Notes under the pieces: model-generated
Told to the model about the DNA's origin: nothing
Databases searched by the model: none
The model's input: the letters and a program-made list of their open reading frames with translations, nothing else
Assembly (NCBI GenBank): GCA_045837725.1
Contig: JBEWZL010000214.1
Span: 1 to 64,000 of the forward strand
Length of the DNA stretch: 64,000 nt
DNA from: Vermamoeba vermiformis
Lineage: Eukaryota
Reading direction: 5' to 3'
Made by a program: the position numbers and the translations under genes
In this document: one piece after another, positions 40,411 through 52,870 of the stretch
Layout of the letters: every line of letters begins with the position of its first letter
How positions within the stretch are numbered: the stretch's first letter is position 1

Positions 40411-43400
40411 TTAATAATAATCTTCATCATTTTTGGGCGATTTGTTCTCATCTGTCGACGTGAAATAACTGACAAATTCAACCAAGTTGTTATTCGCCTT
40501 AACTGCCGCTACAAGTGGAGCCTTTTGTTCGTCAGTAAAATTCGTTTGAACGCTCAGCAACTTGATGTGCGTTAGTGAAGTGCTTTTGCGAATGAGTTCT
40601 GTGAGCAGATCTAGCTCGGGAAGTTCCATCATAACTGCAATCTTTAGCCACTTGATCTTATTACTACTAGCCAATGCTGCAAATATATTTCGCAAATATT
40701 CCCCGAAAAAGATTAACCTGTTGCTTTCGTAAATATCCGAGAGGTCCAAGTATTCAATGTTGCAGCTCGGTTGGCTCAACCAATCAGAAATCGCCTCCAT
40801 TAGTTCACGCACATTAGAGTCGCCCTTAATAACTGCATGGTTAAGATCGAGAGTTTTGAGCGATGTGTTGTTCCAAAAAGCCTTCGCAAGAGCAGATCCA
40901 GCACCGTATTCCAACTCGGCACGCGGAATTTCCAACGACTCCAATTTTGAATCTTCGCGTGAGATTAGATTTACTAAGTGTTTCATTTGTTCTGGTGTAA
41001 TTTGCTTAAGTTCTGCATTCAATTTTTCGAGTTTTGTAGTCACCGCCAAGAACGACAGATCCGTCAAAGTTATTCGACCAAGATTTCGCAGTGAAGGTAT
41101 ACTTAGCATCCTTGACGTTGATAGTGGATCAGTCATATAGCGCCAATGTGTGATAGTTTGTAACGACGTTTTTTGTGGTAATTTTTGCATGAGAAGTCTG
41201 GTCAGATCTCGATCCACCACTTTAACAAACTCCGTACGACCATCATCGGTAGTGATCCGCTTCATTCCAAGGTCATTTGGGGCTATAGTCTCCAGTGTCT
41301 TCGATTCTGCAATTCCTCGAAGAATTTCAATTTCGCAATCGGAGGATTCCGTGCCGCGAATAGTTGCAAAGTGTTTTAATCCGTTCTCTTTTCTGCAAAG
41401 ATGTGAAATTGCTTTAGCCAACTCCAAGTTTTCTATTTTGTCGAATATAAGTGTTTCTAAGGGCACCGTAGTAGTTGTAAGTGCTTTAGCAAGTGGTGTT
41501 CGATCCGGATTCCAGTCTTCCAGATCTTTGTTTTGAATATGGATTTTTCGTAACTGACATTTAGGATGCATTAAAAATATCGCTAGTTTTTCATAAGCAT
41601 CTGTATAATCTCCGGTAATTATCAACTCTTCAATTCTGCTCGGATCTTCCATTTTGGTCAAAAATTCAATTATTCTGCCTTCAATCAATCCTAATCTGCC
41701 GCCCATATTAATACTCTTAATCTCGTTATTGAGATTCAAATATTCTTCGATTTTTTGCGCTAATGCATTCAATGCCGTTCTATTCTCTTCTCTAATCTCG
41801 CTGTAAAATTTCAACGCTAGACCACTGGCACCAGTTGATAAATCGAGGCTAGTCATGCCCACGCCATCTTGCGTATACTCATTCATCCACGTGTCAATTT
41901 GACGGGTGACGAGCTGGAACCGAAAATCAACTTTTTTCGGCCCCTCTGAAACTACCTCGATTGGATCGTCTTTCAAAACCTCGTAGAACTCGTTCATTAA
42001 TTTTATGTCTTCTCCTTGTAACGTCTCATCAATGTACTTCTTGAACTGTTCAGGTGTCATCTTGCCACTGCCGTCAGTCTCGACAATCACGTGACTGAAC
42101 TGAGGTTCGAGCCACGGATACTTGACGTCATCGTCGCTGTCACCACGCACAACATTGCTGTACAACAGTCCGCTCTTGAGTTCAAAGTGTCGTTGCGTGT
42201 CGGCATTGTGCCACTTGACCGTTGAAATGTGTGACTTGTAGTTGTAAAAATCATTGCCTTCGTACTTCAGCACACCGTGTTCTTTGTACGCACATCCTTC
42301 GCGATAAAACATGACGATCCAGCCTTCAACGACATCAGTGTGGCCTGACATGCATCTGTTGATCGAGAACATGTCTTTCCAGAACGCCGGATCACGTGTC
42401 GTGTGGATCTTGTGCACTTGTGTTTCAGCGCGCTGAAGATAAGCGCTCATCTTTTGTGCAGTGGTCGTGTCTTGATTGAACACTTCAGTGCGCATGCGAT
42501 GAATCTTGTGTTCGAGTGTCTGCCAGTCTTGTTTCGTGCCCAACACTTTCACTCGGGGAATGCCACACAGCGTTGAAATGTAATAGAAGTACGCTGACAT
42601 GGCCTCACAGAATGCTGCTTGAATGGCCAAACGAGATTCCACTGTGCTGCTTGAAAAATTGGCTGTGAAGATACTCGCGTCAATGGGCATATTCTGAGCA
42701 ATGCCTAAACAATACACATGTTACAATAAGATCGAATAATCTTGTAATCTTATTAGATTGCCGCTTAGTATTGTACTGTAAATTAAAAGGTCTATAACTG
42801 TATAAGCTAATAATGTATCGCAATCCTAAAATATTGCTGTCTAGCCTTACCTTCAATGACTTGATTGAGATCTATTTTTGTAACGTCGGTTGTAATAGTC
42901 ATAATTGGCTTCTTTTCAGTTGAATTAGTGAACAGATGTCGGAACACCTCCGGATCCGACAAAATCTCGTCTGCAATCTCGCAAAGTACCGTGTAGAAGA
43001 TCATGTCTGGAGATAAGACCACTGAAAAATGATTGGACCAAGCGAGCATGAGGTAATGCATGAGATTTTGGTGCAAATACGTGGTGTTTGAAGGTTCGGG
43101 CACGGCGTTCTCGATGATTTTTGTTTGTTCGTCGAACTTGGGGAACAATTTCGCAAAAGTAGTTGTCATTTGATAATGAATTTTCACATCATTCAAGTTG
43201 ACGGGGTCTAAGCCCGTGTCAATCATGATTGGATCCGCTTTGAATTCTTGAGGAACCACTGTAATTGGGCGCTAAAGCCAATTAGTCAACAATAGTCATA
43301 TATAATAAGTACTTTGAGCCTTACTATAATATTATCTAACGCCGTTTTCGCTACTTCAGCTAATCTTTGATCAATTTGCATTTGTTCTTCGGAACTCGGA

Positions 43401-44489
43401 GTTTTAACGTCCAAGACTCCCATTTGACCGTTTGCCAGCCAACAGTACATCATATCACCCATTATCTTTGCACTCGTAATAATCGTATCTTTGTCACATG
43501 AAAGTTTGTGTGAGTGCCAAGTCATCTTTTCGACATCCAAGATCCGAAGCTTGTTTCTTTCGTTGGGGCTAACTGGCACGAATATCATTTGCGCGCCTAC
43601 TTTTCCAGCATAATTATATAAATCTATATTGATTCGATCTTCATTAGCTGATTCTTTTGCACGCGCCCACTTGTCCTCTTTCAGATCGTAGTACAACACT
43701 TCACCGAATTCGCTCGCAAGTTTTGCATCATAGTATGGATAGGGGGCGTAGAGTAGTATAATATCGTCGGATAGTGCGGCCAAAAAAGTTTTTGTACTGC
43801 GCTCTTGTGGGTGCTGGCCGATCCCTTCTTCCGCGCTTGTTGAAATTTCATTCGTCGATGTGTTGAACCGATACACTTTCTTTTCGAGTGACGAACTAAA
43901 GTTATCATAGTAATATATTGTATCGCCAACAATAGCAAATGCGTGAATATGGTACAGCTTGCGATGAGATTTAACCTGGATTTGGCGCCATTGTTTTTGA
44001 ACGGTGTCGAAACAAGACCATTTATCGTCAGACAGGACCCAAATATTAGTGCCTATCACTGCGCCTTGAAGATACTCCGAGTTGTAAGCAAATGATGGCG
44101 TCGTTTGGATGGAGGACCAAGAACTAGATTTGGTATCAAAGACTGAAATTACGGCAGAAGCTGTTTCTTTGGTATTTTCTGATATTCCACCAAGGTAATA
44201 TATATTGTCACCTACGGTAACGGCAAGACACCTCTTTCGTGGAGTTGGTGTAGGTCCGTTGGTTTGGATCAGTCGTAAATTAAACTGTAAAATTTTTTAG
44301 ATTAGTCTACTAGGTATTTTCTATCGTTTGTAAGTACCAACATAAATAATTAACATTTTTACTATTTTTCTGAGCGAAATTGAATTTAAAGACTAAATCC
44401 ACGTGCGCGACTACTAGTGGATTACTGTAAGCACTAAGATAATAATTGGCTTACTAAATCGATAAACTTACTGAAGAAATATTTTCCAT
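40411..44489 (-). CDS. Kelch-repeat + DUF4419-like + LRR protein (copy B, intact)
   Basis: 'MENISS' exon, then a Kelch exon ('GPTPTPRKRCLAVTVGDNIYYLGG'). A short GT-AG intron (about 43273-43325) joins it to the DUF4419-like exons and LRR tail of ORF 40411..42717. Confidence 0.8.
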
Positions 44490-44640
44490 TTAATACATGC
44501 AACGCTTGTACACAGGTCAGAAAAAAATGAAAAAACGCGTTTTGTGCTGTTGATCAGTGACTGATGCTTTTTTTTGTCTGTTTTTACGTAAAAGCAATAG
44601 TAACACTTACAAGACGAATTGCCGTAAATGATTTAACGCA

Positions 44641-45754
44641 ATGTTGTGGACCTTTGTCGGATTCAATTTGATCTTGGGAGCGCTACTCGTTCACTTTCTG
44701 AAAAAGGTGATCGATAAGGTCACTAAAAATTATTACGTTTATCCTAGCGAAGCGGTGATTGACCAAACTCTGCCGGCAGTAAGTTCCACCAATTTTTAAA
44801 TAATTAACTTTTATTTTCACAATTAATTAATCACGAACGAATGATTATCCATCTGCAACTAATAATAACTTGATTTTAAAATTATTATTTTAGGAAATTA
44901 TGGAGCACATGATGACTTTTTTGGATCCAGCTGCGTTAATCGAATGTCGCTTGGTTAGCAAACATTGGCGGCATCACGCGACTAAACCTCAAGTAGAAAA
45001 TTCAATATTAGATGCCTATGATCGACAGTGAGTATATTATTTTTAGTATCATCGCTTGCTGAGTTTTGGCGCAGAATGAAATTAACTAAACTGCCTTATG
45101 CTGGCACGAAAAATTTAAGTTACGAGCCCATATGGCTAGACGAGGTAAGGTAATATTAATATTTACTATTATACTCCTCAAACTAACTTAATGTTTATAA
45201 AGCCAAACTATCCTCAGCGATTTTTGTTACGCGATCGGGCCTTAGCGACGAAGCACGGCAAACAATTACTGGAAATTTCTCCGAGTTGGTTAAATATTGT
45301 ACTACAAGCTTTTAGTACCGATAACGCTCTTGGCGACAATAGGACCGTTGATATGGATCGGTAAGAAGTCTTTTCTTAAAATGGAAACAAAAGAATAATT
45401 TTCCTTTTTAGGTTCATTATCAAGACATTTGCCAGTAAAGGCCGTCTTGATGAACCTCCCGATAGAATCAGCATTAATGTCGGGCAGAGGCAAGATATTC
45501 GATTTGCAGAACACACGGTGCCAAATTTAGATTGGAAGTCGTTAGATAATTACGCCTATCTTGACTGCATGTTTGATTTGGCGGATTGTTTTGATCAAAC
45601 CAAGCGCGGTTTGGTACGGCAGAGGGTGTACAGCGTGCGCGATGCAAATCCAAAAAAATATTTCTGTAAGTACTCGCAGTATCAGCCGTCAATTAGATTA
45701 AATGTCCTTTGTAATTTAGCGGTAATTTTTGGATCCGATATCTTACGTGGTTAG
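44641..45754 (+). CDS. F-box protein (5' exon structure uncertain)
   Basis: Spliced 'TLPA|EIMEHMMTFLDPAALIECRLVSKHWR' F-box, followed by several short exons. Confidence 0.55.
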
Positions 45755-45946
45755 CCGAAAAGTTTTAATTAGAAATTAAAAAGCGGATCCGCGATCGGCG
45801 ACAGTTTGTTCCTTAATTAGAATTTTGAAATATAATGCCACGGCCGGACAATTCTATACTATTAAATAACCGATCTATTCTTCAAACTTGTTTGAACGCC
45901 GTTAGCACTAGTGTTAAAATATTTTTCACGAGAAATTTCGTACTAA

Positions 45947-46636
45947 TTGAACGATTTAGGGTTCGTGCCGCTCAACTCGGACATCTTAAAAGTACTTGCA
46001 TTCATCTTCGTGCCACTGATAGTGCATGATGTGTTATATTCGGAGTTCTTAGCGACAGTCAAGATCTGGTTCGGACCAATAGTTTTTCTCTTGAACTTAT
46101 TGGCGAACGTCTTGATGGTCTTAGAGTTCACGGGATGGCGAGCTATGGAGACTATTTACAAAAAAGCAGCGGCGATATTTTGGACTGGCTTTGTGGTCCT
46201 GTCGGTCTTGGCCTATCCGTACTCTTTGACCTACTACGCAGTGGTTGGCATGGTAGCCCTCACACTTATCTACACAGTGTTGATGTTCGAGTATACTTTC
46301 CATTGGAACGCGAAACTCACTTGGAGACGTGCGGCGCCAGCACTTATTGCCCTCGCGTTAGTGGTCACTTTGAACGATTGGAAGCTCACTGTGGAGAGCA
46401 TCAGAACTGGCGCTATTCTGTTCAGATGGTTCGACAACTCGGTCTGCTACGCATTGATGTGCATTAACATGATTGCGTTGAATTATATCACGCACATCAC
46501 TCCGTCAAGGGGATGGGAATGGAAGTACCTTGTCGAATGGAATCAAAAAGTGGTGCGCATGGTAATGAAGGCGTACTTTATTATCGTATTTTTAACATTG
46601 TATGCACCTACGTGGAAAGGAAATCACCTACAATAG
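45947..46636 (+). CDS. Multi-pass membrane protein of unknown function (true start uncertain)
   Basis: Uninterrupted ORF with about six or seven hydrophobic segments. The ORF-track start is TTG, so a 5' exon may exist. Confidence 0.55.
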   Translation: MNDLGFVPLNSDILKVLAFIFVPLIVHDVLYSEFLATVKIWFGPIVFLLNLLANVLMVLEFTGWRAMETIYKKAAAIFWTGFVVLSVLAYPYSLTYYAVVGMVALTLIYTVLMFEYTFHWNAKLTWRRAAPALIALALVVTLNDWKLTVESIRTGAILFRWFDNSVCYALMCINMIALNYITHITPSRGWEWKYLVEWNQKVVRMVMKAYFIIVFLTLYAPTWKGNHLQ

Positions 46637-46955
46637 CAACAATTGGTCCCTAAATAAAAATGCTTGCCCGGCTTGTGAGTTAAATTCAGACCTTGGAAAT
46701 TCACTCGGACATTTACATTATTTGTTCCGAGTTCTCTATTTTTGTTATAAATCGGCCCGCATTTTTTAAAATTAACTTGGATCCAGCTCATCTGATCACT
46801 GAAGGTATAACACCGTTTGATATTGCTCCGATCAGCGTGATTCTCAAAAGTGCGTAATAGGCGTAAGAACGCGTAACTTCTCACAGAGCGTACCTTGATG
46901 TCATGTGATCGTGCGCAAGTTATTCCAAATTTGGAAATCGAAAAACAACCTTAAA

Positions 46956-48033
46956 ATGTCGCCGCAACATCTTTCAGTTCACAAACAAATTATAACTTCT
47001 ATTTTTTTATTGGCTGTAATCTCAGTCAGCACCGCTCAGTTCACGACTCTGACCCAAGTGATCAAGTCCGATCCAAACTTTTCTACGCTTTATAGCCTGC
47101 TTCAAGCCACTGGTTTGGACCAGACGTTGGATGGATCCGTTTTATTCACCGTCTTTGCTCCTAACAACAGTGCATTTGATGCTTTGCCTCCCGCCACTCT
47201 GAAATATTTGCTCGATCCCGCCAACGGAAATCTTCTTAGCAGCATTATTGAATACCACGTAAGCAATCTCATATTAAACTGCTCCTTAGTGTTAATTTCA
47301 ACCTTAGGTCGTCCCTGGAGCGTTACCGTCATCTACGCTTGCTAATTACAACGGCAACAGTCTGGTTACGGCTCAAGGCAGCTCTATCAACCTTGATGTT
47401 GGCAGTCCCTACAGTAACTTCAGTCCCTTCTCTATTTCCTTGAACAACGCACGAGTCATCAAGGCCAACGTTGAAGCATCGAACGGAATCTTGCATGCGA
47501 TCGACAAAGTTTTGCTCAACGACCTCAGATTCTTCCAACCGGCCGTTAATAACCTCTACACCCTTGTCTCTCAGAACCCTAAACTCAAAACTCTGACGGT
47601 CTTGTTGGATATGACCGGTTTGGCTCAGGTGTTGCAGGCTCCTAACGGACAATACACCCTCTTTGCTCCGACCGACGATGCCTTTACTGACCCTGTTTTG
47701 ACTTCTATCGGTAGTAGCCAAGCTGTTCTAAAGAGCATTGTCTTGTACCACGCGATCGCAGGGTGAGTACATCCAGAATTTCCGGAAATTCGATTCAGTC
47801 CTAACATGTTCATTAGTGAACCAGTGTACTCAACTAGCCTTTACGATGGATTGCAAGCTTCTTCTATTAACGCTAACAACAACAACATTCGTCCTTTAAC
47901 TTTCAGACGACTTTCATTCCCCGGTGCTGCATCCGTCACTGTGAACGACGCTAACATTTTATCCGCTGATAACCTTGCATCCAACGGCGTCTTGCACATT
48001 ATCGATCGCGTCCTTTTGCCCTACTCCACCTAG
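46956..48033 (+). CDS. Secreted fasciclin (2x FAS1) protein
   Basis: Signal peptide; 'FTVFAPNNSAF', 'NGILHAIDKVL', 'YTLFAPTDDAF' and 'NGVLHIIDRVLLP'. Two introns. Confidence 0.92.
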
Positions 48034-48638
48034 AACATAAATATAATCGTCCTAATTGGTCAGAGCGCGCTAAGTAGAATATTCGATTAAAATATAGATC
48101 ATCAAAAAGATAATAATAAATTCAAGATTTCCATTGAGCTTTTAACGCCATACCTGTTTTGTCCCTAGTTCGAGTTTTAGTATTTTAAAAAATTGTATTC
48201 AGCGCAGCACAAGCAATCACATGGTAACGTTCACATACGAGTATAATCCGCAAGGGCTTGCAAAAGTAAGGTTGCTTATAAATAGGAGGAAGCGAAATTC
48301 TGTTTATGAAATTTAAAATCGAAGAATATTAGTATAAATGAGTTATTTTGCTTCGGCCAAACAATAGATAATTTTTCGTATATTTATTAAATTTTTACGT
48401 AATTATTTTGAACTATTTCGAAATAGTTAAAGCAAAAAAATTATAACTTACCGGTCGATCTGGGTTTTTATTATTAGCACTTATTGCTTAGACATCTGAT
48501 ACGTCGTTAACTTGTTTTTTAGGAATATTAAACGAAGATATTTTTTTGCGTGACTCGAGATCCACACAGCGAACTGACACTTTTCACGCGAAACAAATCA
48601 TGTAATCGTATTTTTGGGCTTCATTTTAACACAAAGCA

Positions 48639-51416
48639 ATGAAGCGCATCAGCGTAGCCCGTTTCACTGTGCTTTTAGTACTTGTTCAAGTGTTGCACAT
48701 CCAGGCTGGCGTTCAATGGACTGGCGTGAACTTGGCTGGCGCTGAATTTGGTATTTTAATGTCAAAAATTCGTTAATATACCCTAAATAACAAGTATATA
48801 TTTATTTAGACGGTAATACTCCGTTTTGGCCCACGACAGCAGACATGGATTATTACATCTCAAAAAATATGAACGTCTTTCGAATCCCTTTCTTATGGGA
48901 GCGATTGCAACCGACTCTTCAACAAGATTTTGATGCTACTTATGTGGCTTCATTAGATGCGGTCGTATCTTATGCAACCGGCAAGGGAATCTGGGTGCTT
49001 CTGGACGTTCACAAGTACGTAATGGTGAACAAAATACTCTTAATATTAATACCGTTTAATGCTAATTATTATCGATCTAGTTATGCTCGTTATAATGGCG
49101 TAGCTATCGGAGCAGGCGTAACTAACGAACAGTTTGCCGATCTGTGGACTCGATTGGCCAATCGATACAAGTCCAACGACAAAGTGGTACGAATACTTAT
49201 ATTATTTACTATTATAAATATAAATTTATTCCTACATACCGATGATTCAATTTCAAAATTTATTAACATTTCTGTAGTTGTTTGGATTGATGAACGAGCC
49301 CAAAAGTATGCCTAGCCTGTAAGTACATAATACGGCAGTAAATAATCTGACAGAAGTAAATGAACAACTCTTCATAGTGATTGGCGTAACGGAGCTCAAG
49401 CAGCGGTCAATGCGATCCGTTTAGCTGGCGCTACTAATTACATCATGTTGCCTGGTGAGTTTATTAGTATTAAATGAGTACCATTTGCAACGTTAATAAT
49501 GCTTCTGTTCGATAATCAATTCGCAGCAATTTTATTCATAAATTACCATATTAGGCAATGGCTATACGGGTGCATGGGGCTGGTTCCTCGGTGCATGGGA
49601 CAGTGCAGCAACAAATCCTCAAGCGAACTCGCAAATAATGCCGACAGTTTGGGATCCGCTCAACAAGATGATCTACGAAGTGCATCAATATTTCGGTAAT
49701 TATAGTGAAAAATAATATTGAGATACATATAATCATTAATATAATCGTTAAGACGATGGAAGCAGCGGTACTAGCGCGACATGTTTGAGTCCACCAATCG
49801 GAAATTCGACGTTAGAAGCATTCACTTTTTGGCTCAGAGAAAACAATGCACGTGCTTTCTTGGGCGAGTTTGGTGTAGCTAATAATAGTAACTGCCTTCA
49901 AGCACTTAATGATGCAGTACAACATATGCACGATAACTCTGATGTCTGGTACGGGACCCACAACATGTCAACGCGGATCTGACATAGCAATTTTTTTCTT
50001 AGGCTTGGCTGGACTTACTGGGCAGGAGGTTTGTATTAATATTTGTTATTAATGATCTATATAAATACTAACAGAGGTCTATTATGTATTAGGCAACCGT
50101 TGGGGCGAATACATTTACACGATCCAACCCGCCAACAACTTCACCACTGACCGCGCTCAAATGGCCGTACTTCAGCCGTACTTGCACGGTCTAGGTGCTG
50201 TGTCGATTGACGTTCCTACACGAAGCACATCATGTGTGAATCAAACGATCTACGATGATAAGCTGCGCAACGGCTGGCAGAACTGGTACGTTGTGTCTCA
50301 AAGGCCAAACTTTTATTCATTTAAGCAGCGGTAAAATGCTGATGCTCAAAAATTGTTGTTGGGCATGGGTAGCTAAAAGCGACTGTTTTGACATTTTGAC
50401 ACTTTGACACATTGTCACTCTGAAATTATTTAGCCTTTTGAAGGGCTAGAGACACCGAGTTGTATTCAAAATAACATTTTGACACTTTGACTTTTTGACA
50501 CTTTTTGACACTTTTCCGTCATACAGGAGCTGGGCACCGAGTAATTTGACCAACACAGCACAACACTTCAGCGGCACTCAATCGATCAGTTTTGATTTCG
50601 TCGCGAATGCATACTCAGCCTTGTCTTTGTCGTTGGATCAAGCCACTCTTCTTCCCAACTTGTACTCGGGAATCGAGTTCTACATCAACGGTGCTCCTGA
50701 TGGTACGATCAGTAATGAAATTTCATCGAAGCATATTTTGACTGATAGATGAATCTTAGGTGGTCAGAAACTTCGGTACGGATACCGCAGAAACAAAGCA
50801 GATATTGGCAGCATGGTCAATGTCGCGGACTATTTGGCCAGTGGTACCTCAATCCCGACCTCTTGGACTCGCGTTACCATCCCATTGACTTCGAATGGCA
50901 TTCAAGATGCTTATTCACAGTTGGTTCTTGGAGCTGTAAGAAAAATACTTTGTCATTATGCCTTCTAACAAGAGATCAATTTTAACGTTATTTTTTGCCT
51001 TACAGAGCACTGCGTCTGCTCAACCAACAGTCTACGTGGACTCTATCAAGTTAGTTTGTGTTGGTACGTTATAATAACTAACTTATTACTGTACGTGAGT
51101 CTAATAAGTACGGGTATATTGCAGATCAGCCTATGCCTTCAGACGTCGCTTCTTTGCCGCCTTCAATCAGCCCGCAGAGTTCTTCAAGTGGTATTAATCA
51201 TTCGCTATCATTATTGGACTAGTACTAACGAGCCTTATAGGACCTTCAAGTTCTCAAACGCCTAATACTCCCAGTTCGACAGGTATGTTTTTACTCTTTA
51301 TTATAATTATCAAGATCGAATGCAAGCTAACGATAAAATCTTCAGTGAAATCCTCTGCCAGTCGTTTGTGTGCTTTGGCTGCATTTGTTTTCAGTGTTGC
51401 CTTAGCCGCACTCTAA
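48639..51416 (+). CDS. GH5 endoglucanase (GH5_5-like) + putative CBM-like domain + Ser/Pro linker + GPI-like tail
   Basis: 'GVNLAGAEF', 'FRIPFLWERLQP', 'FGLMNEP' (acid/base), 'EVHQYFD', 'FLGEFG' (nucleophile) and 'GWTYWAGG'. Then an 'IYDDKLRNGWQNWSW' module and a hydrophobic C-terminus. Confidence 0.9.
50385..50514 (+). repeat. Two short arrays of (T)TTTGACA(C) units inside a GH5 intron
   Basis: 'ttttgacattttgacactttgacac' at about 50385-50409 and 'ttttgacactttgactttttgacactttttgacactttt' at about 50477-50515. Confidence 0.8.
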
Positions 51417-51625
51417 ATTTAGAGATGTTCATCAAAGTCAGCTTTTGGAATAAAAAGGTGTTTCCGCGCAAACTCAAATTGCAACGCCGACGACAACGGC
51501 TCAAATAGCTATTGGAACTGCACATTCGGTTTCCAAATATTACTGTCCAGGTAAAACCACTAAACAAATCGCGTTGAGTACTGCTAACGACAATTTACTA
51601 TGTACAATATTTACAACTGACTTGC

Positions 51626-52870
51626 TTAATTGTACATGAGCGAGGCGAGATCCGGCTTGATGTACGGCAGAGGCATTCCACCTTCAACAGCAGCAACAGC
51701 TTCTTGAGCATCAGAAGTGCGATGAGCAATGAAGTATTGTTGCAGAGTAGCGGTGCTGACGTTGCGATTGGCAGCTCTGAATTTACCAACTTTTTCTACG
51801 AAATCAGCGGTCAGATCTGCACCAGCTTCAGGATAGAATTGCTTGAACATCAATTCGATCTGTTCGTCGGTGATAACTGAAGGATATTGCAAGTGCATGT
51901 CGACTCGGCCAGGACGGATCAAGGCAGGATCCAAACGATCAATGTGGTTCGTAGTCAAGACGAAGATAGAGGCGTCCTTGCCACCAATGCCGTCCAAAGC
52001 ATTAAGCAAGCCGCTGAAGGACAATGGAATATTCTCGAGCTTGCTGCGATCTGCAGTAAAAAGCGCATCCACGTCTTCCAAAACAACCACGCAGTTCTTC
52101 GGTACGCGTTGCAAGGCCTTCTTGAGCGCAGAATCGGTCATATGAGGGTCTGAAATATGCAAATAGGCAACGTGGCGGTCAATGTGAGAAGCCAAAGCCG
52201 AGATCGTGGAAGTCTTGCCGGTACCAGGCGGGCCGTAGAGCAAATAAGATCTCTTGTAGGGAATGCCGTGCTTAGCGTACCATCGAGCAGTATCTTTTTC
52301 GAGGAAATTGTTGACGTCGTCGATAAGCTTTTGTTTGAGAGCGGCAGGCAAAATGACTGTTTCCATATCTCGTTTGCGCTTGACGATAGACTTGGGCCAG
52401 TACTGATTATCAATGTCGTAAGAGTAGATGTTGATGAGGGCCTTATTGACTTTAGTATCCCATTCGCTGACTTTATCGACGAATTTCTTCAGCAGATCTT
52501 TCTTGCGAGTGCCTTCGACGACCAGGACCAAGGTTTGTAGGTAAACTGCAGCACTAAAAGTACCGACGGGTTTGCCATGAACGGTATGAATAACATGAAT
52601 AGTTTCAGATTCATATTCAATTTTGAAAGATCCGAGGCCCAAAACTAATCTGCATCCGTCTTGTTTAGTGTCTTCAACTTCGTCATCATCGTTGCTTTCT
52701 TGAGCACCCATACGAAGACTACTATCACAATTGCATACGTCAGTCAAATACTTGCAAACAGCAGCGTAGATCTGCTCGTTGGATTGAATCTCCAACGAAG
52801 TGCAACTGTTCGGATCAACCTGAAGAGCCTTTACTTCTTCCAAATTGAAAGGATATCTTGTGGTGTTCAT
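51626..52870 (-). CDS. BCS1-like AAA+ ATPase (intronless)
   Basis: 'WYAKHGIPYKRSYLLYGPPGTGKTS', 'VVLEDVDA', 'SFSGLLNALDG' and 'TTNHIDRLDPALIRPGRVD'. Likely ATG at 52870. Confidence 0.9.
   Translation of the reverse strand: MNTTRYPFNLEEVKALQVDPNSCTSLEIQSNEQIYAAVCKYLTDVCNCDSSLRMGAQESNDDDEVEDTKQDGCRLVLGLGSFKIEYESETIHVIHTVHGKPVGTFSAAVYLQTLVLVVEGTRKKDLLKKFVDKVSEWDTKVNKALINIYSYDIDNQYWPKSIVKRKRDMETVILPAALKQKLIDDVNNFLEKDTARWYAKHGIPYKRSYLLYGPPGTGKTSTISALASHIDRHVAYLHISDPHMTDSALKKALQRVPKNCVVVLEDVDALFTADRSKLENIPLSFSGLLNALDGIGGKDASIFVLTTNHIDRLDPALIRPGRVDMHLQYPSVITDEQIELMFKQFYPEAGADLTADFVEKVGKFRAANRNVSTATLQQYFIAHRTSDAQEAVAAVEGGMPLPYIKPDLASLMYN

Noticed and set aside
40757-41536. Plus-strand ORFs of 64-128 aa
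   Set aside because: Antisense to the LRR region of the 40411-44489 gene, with no recognisable motifs.
50385-50514. Possible CRISPR-like or telomeric repeat array
   Set aside because: Units are 7-9 nt, imperfect, lack unique spacers and lie inside a spliceosomal intron.
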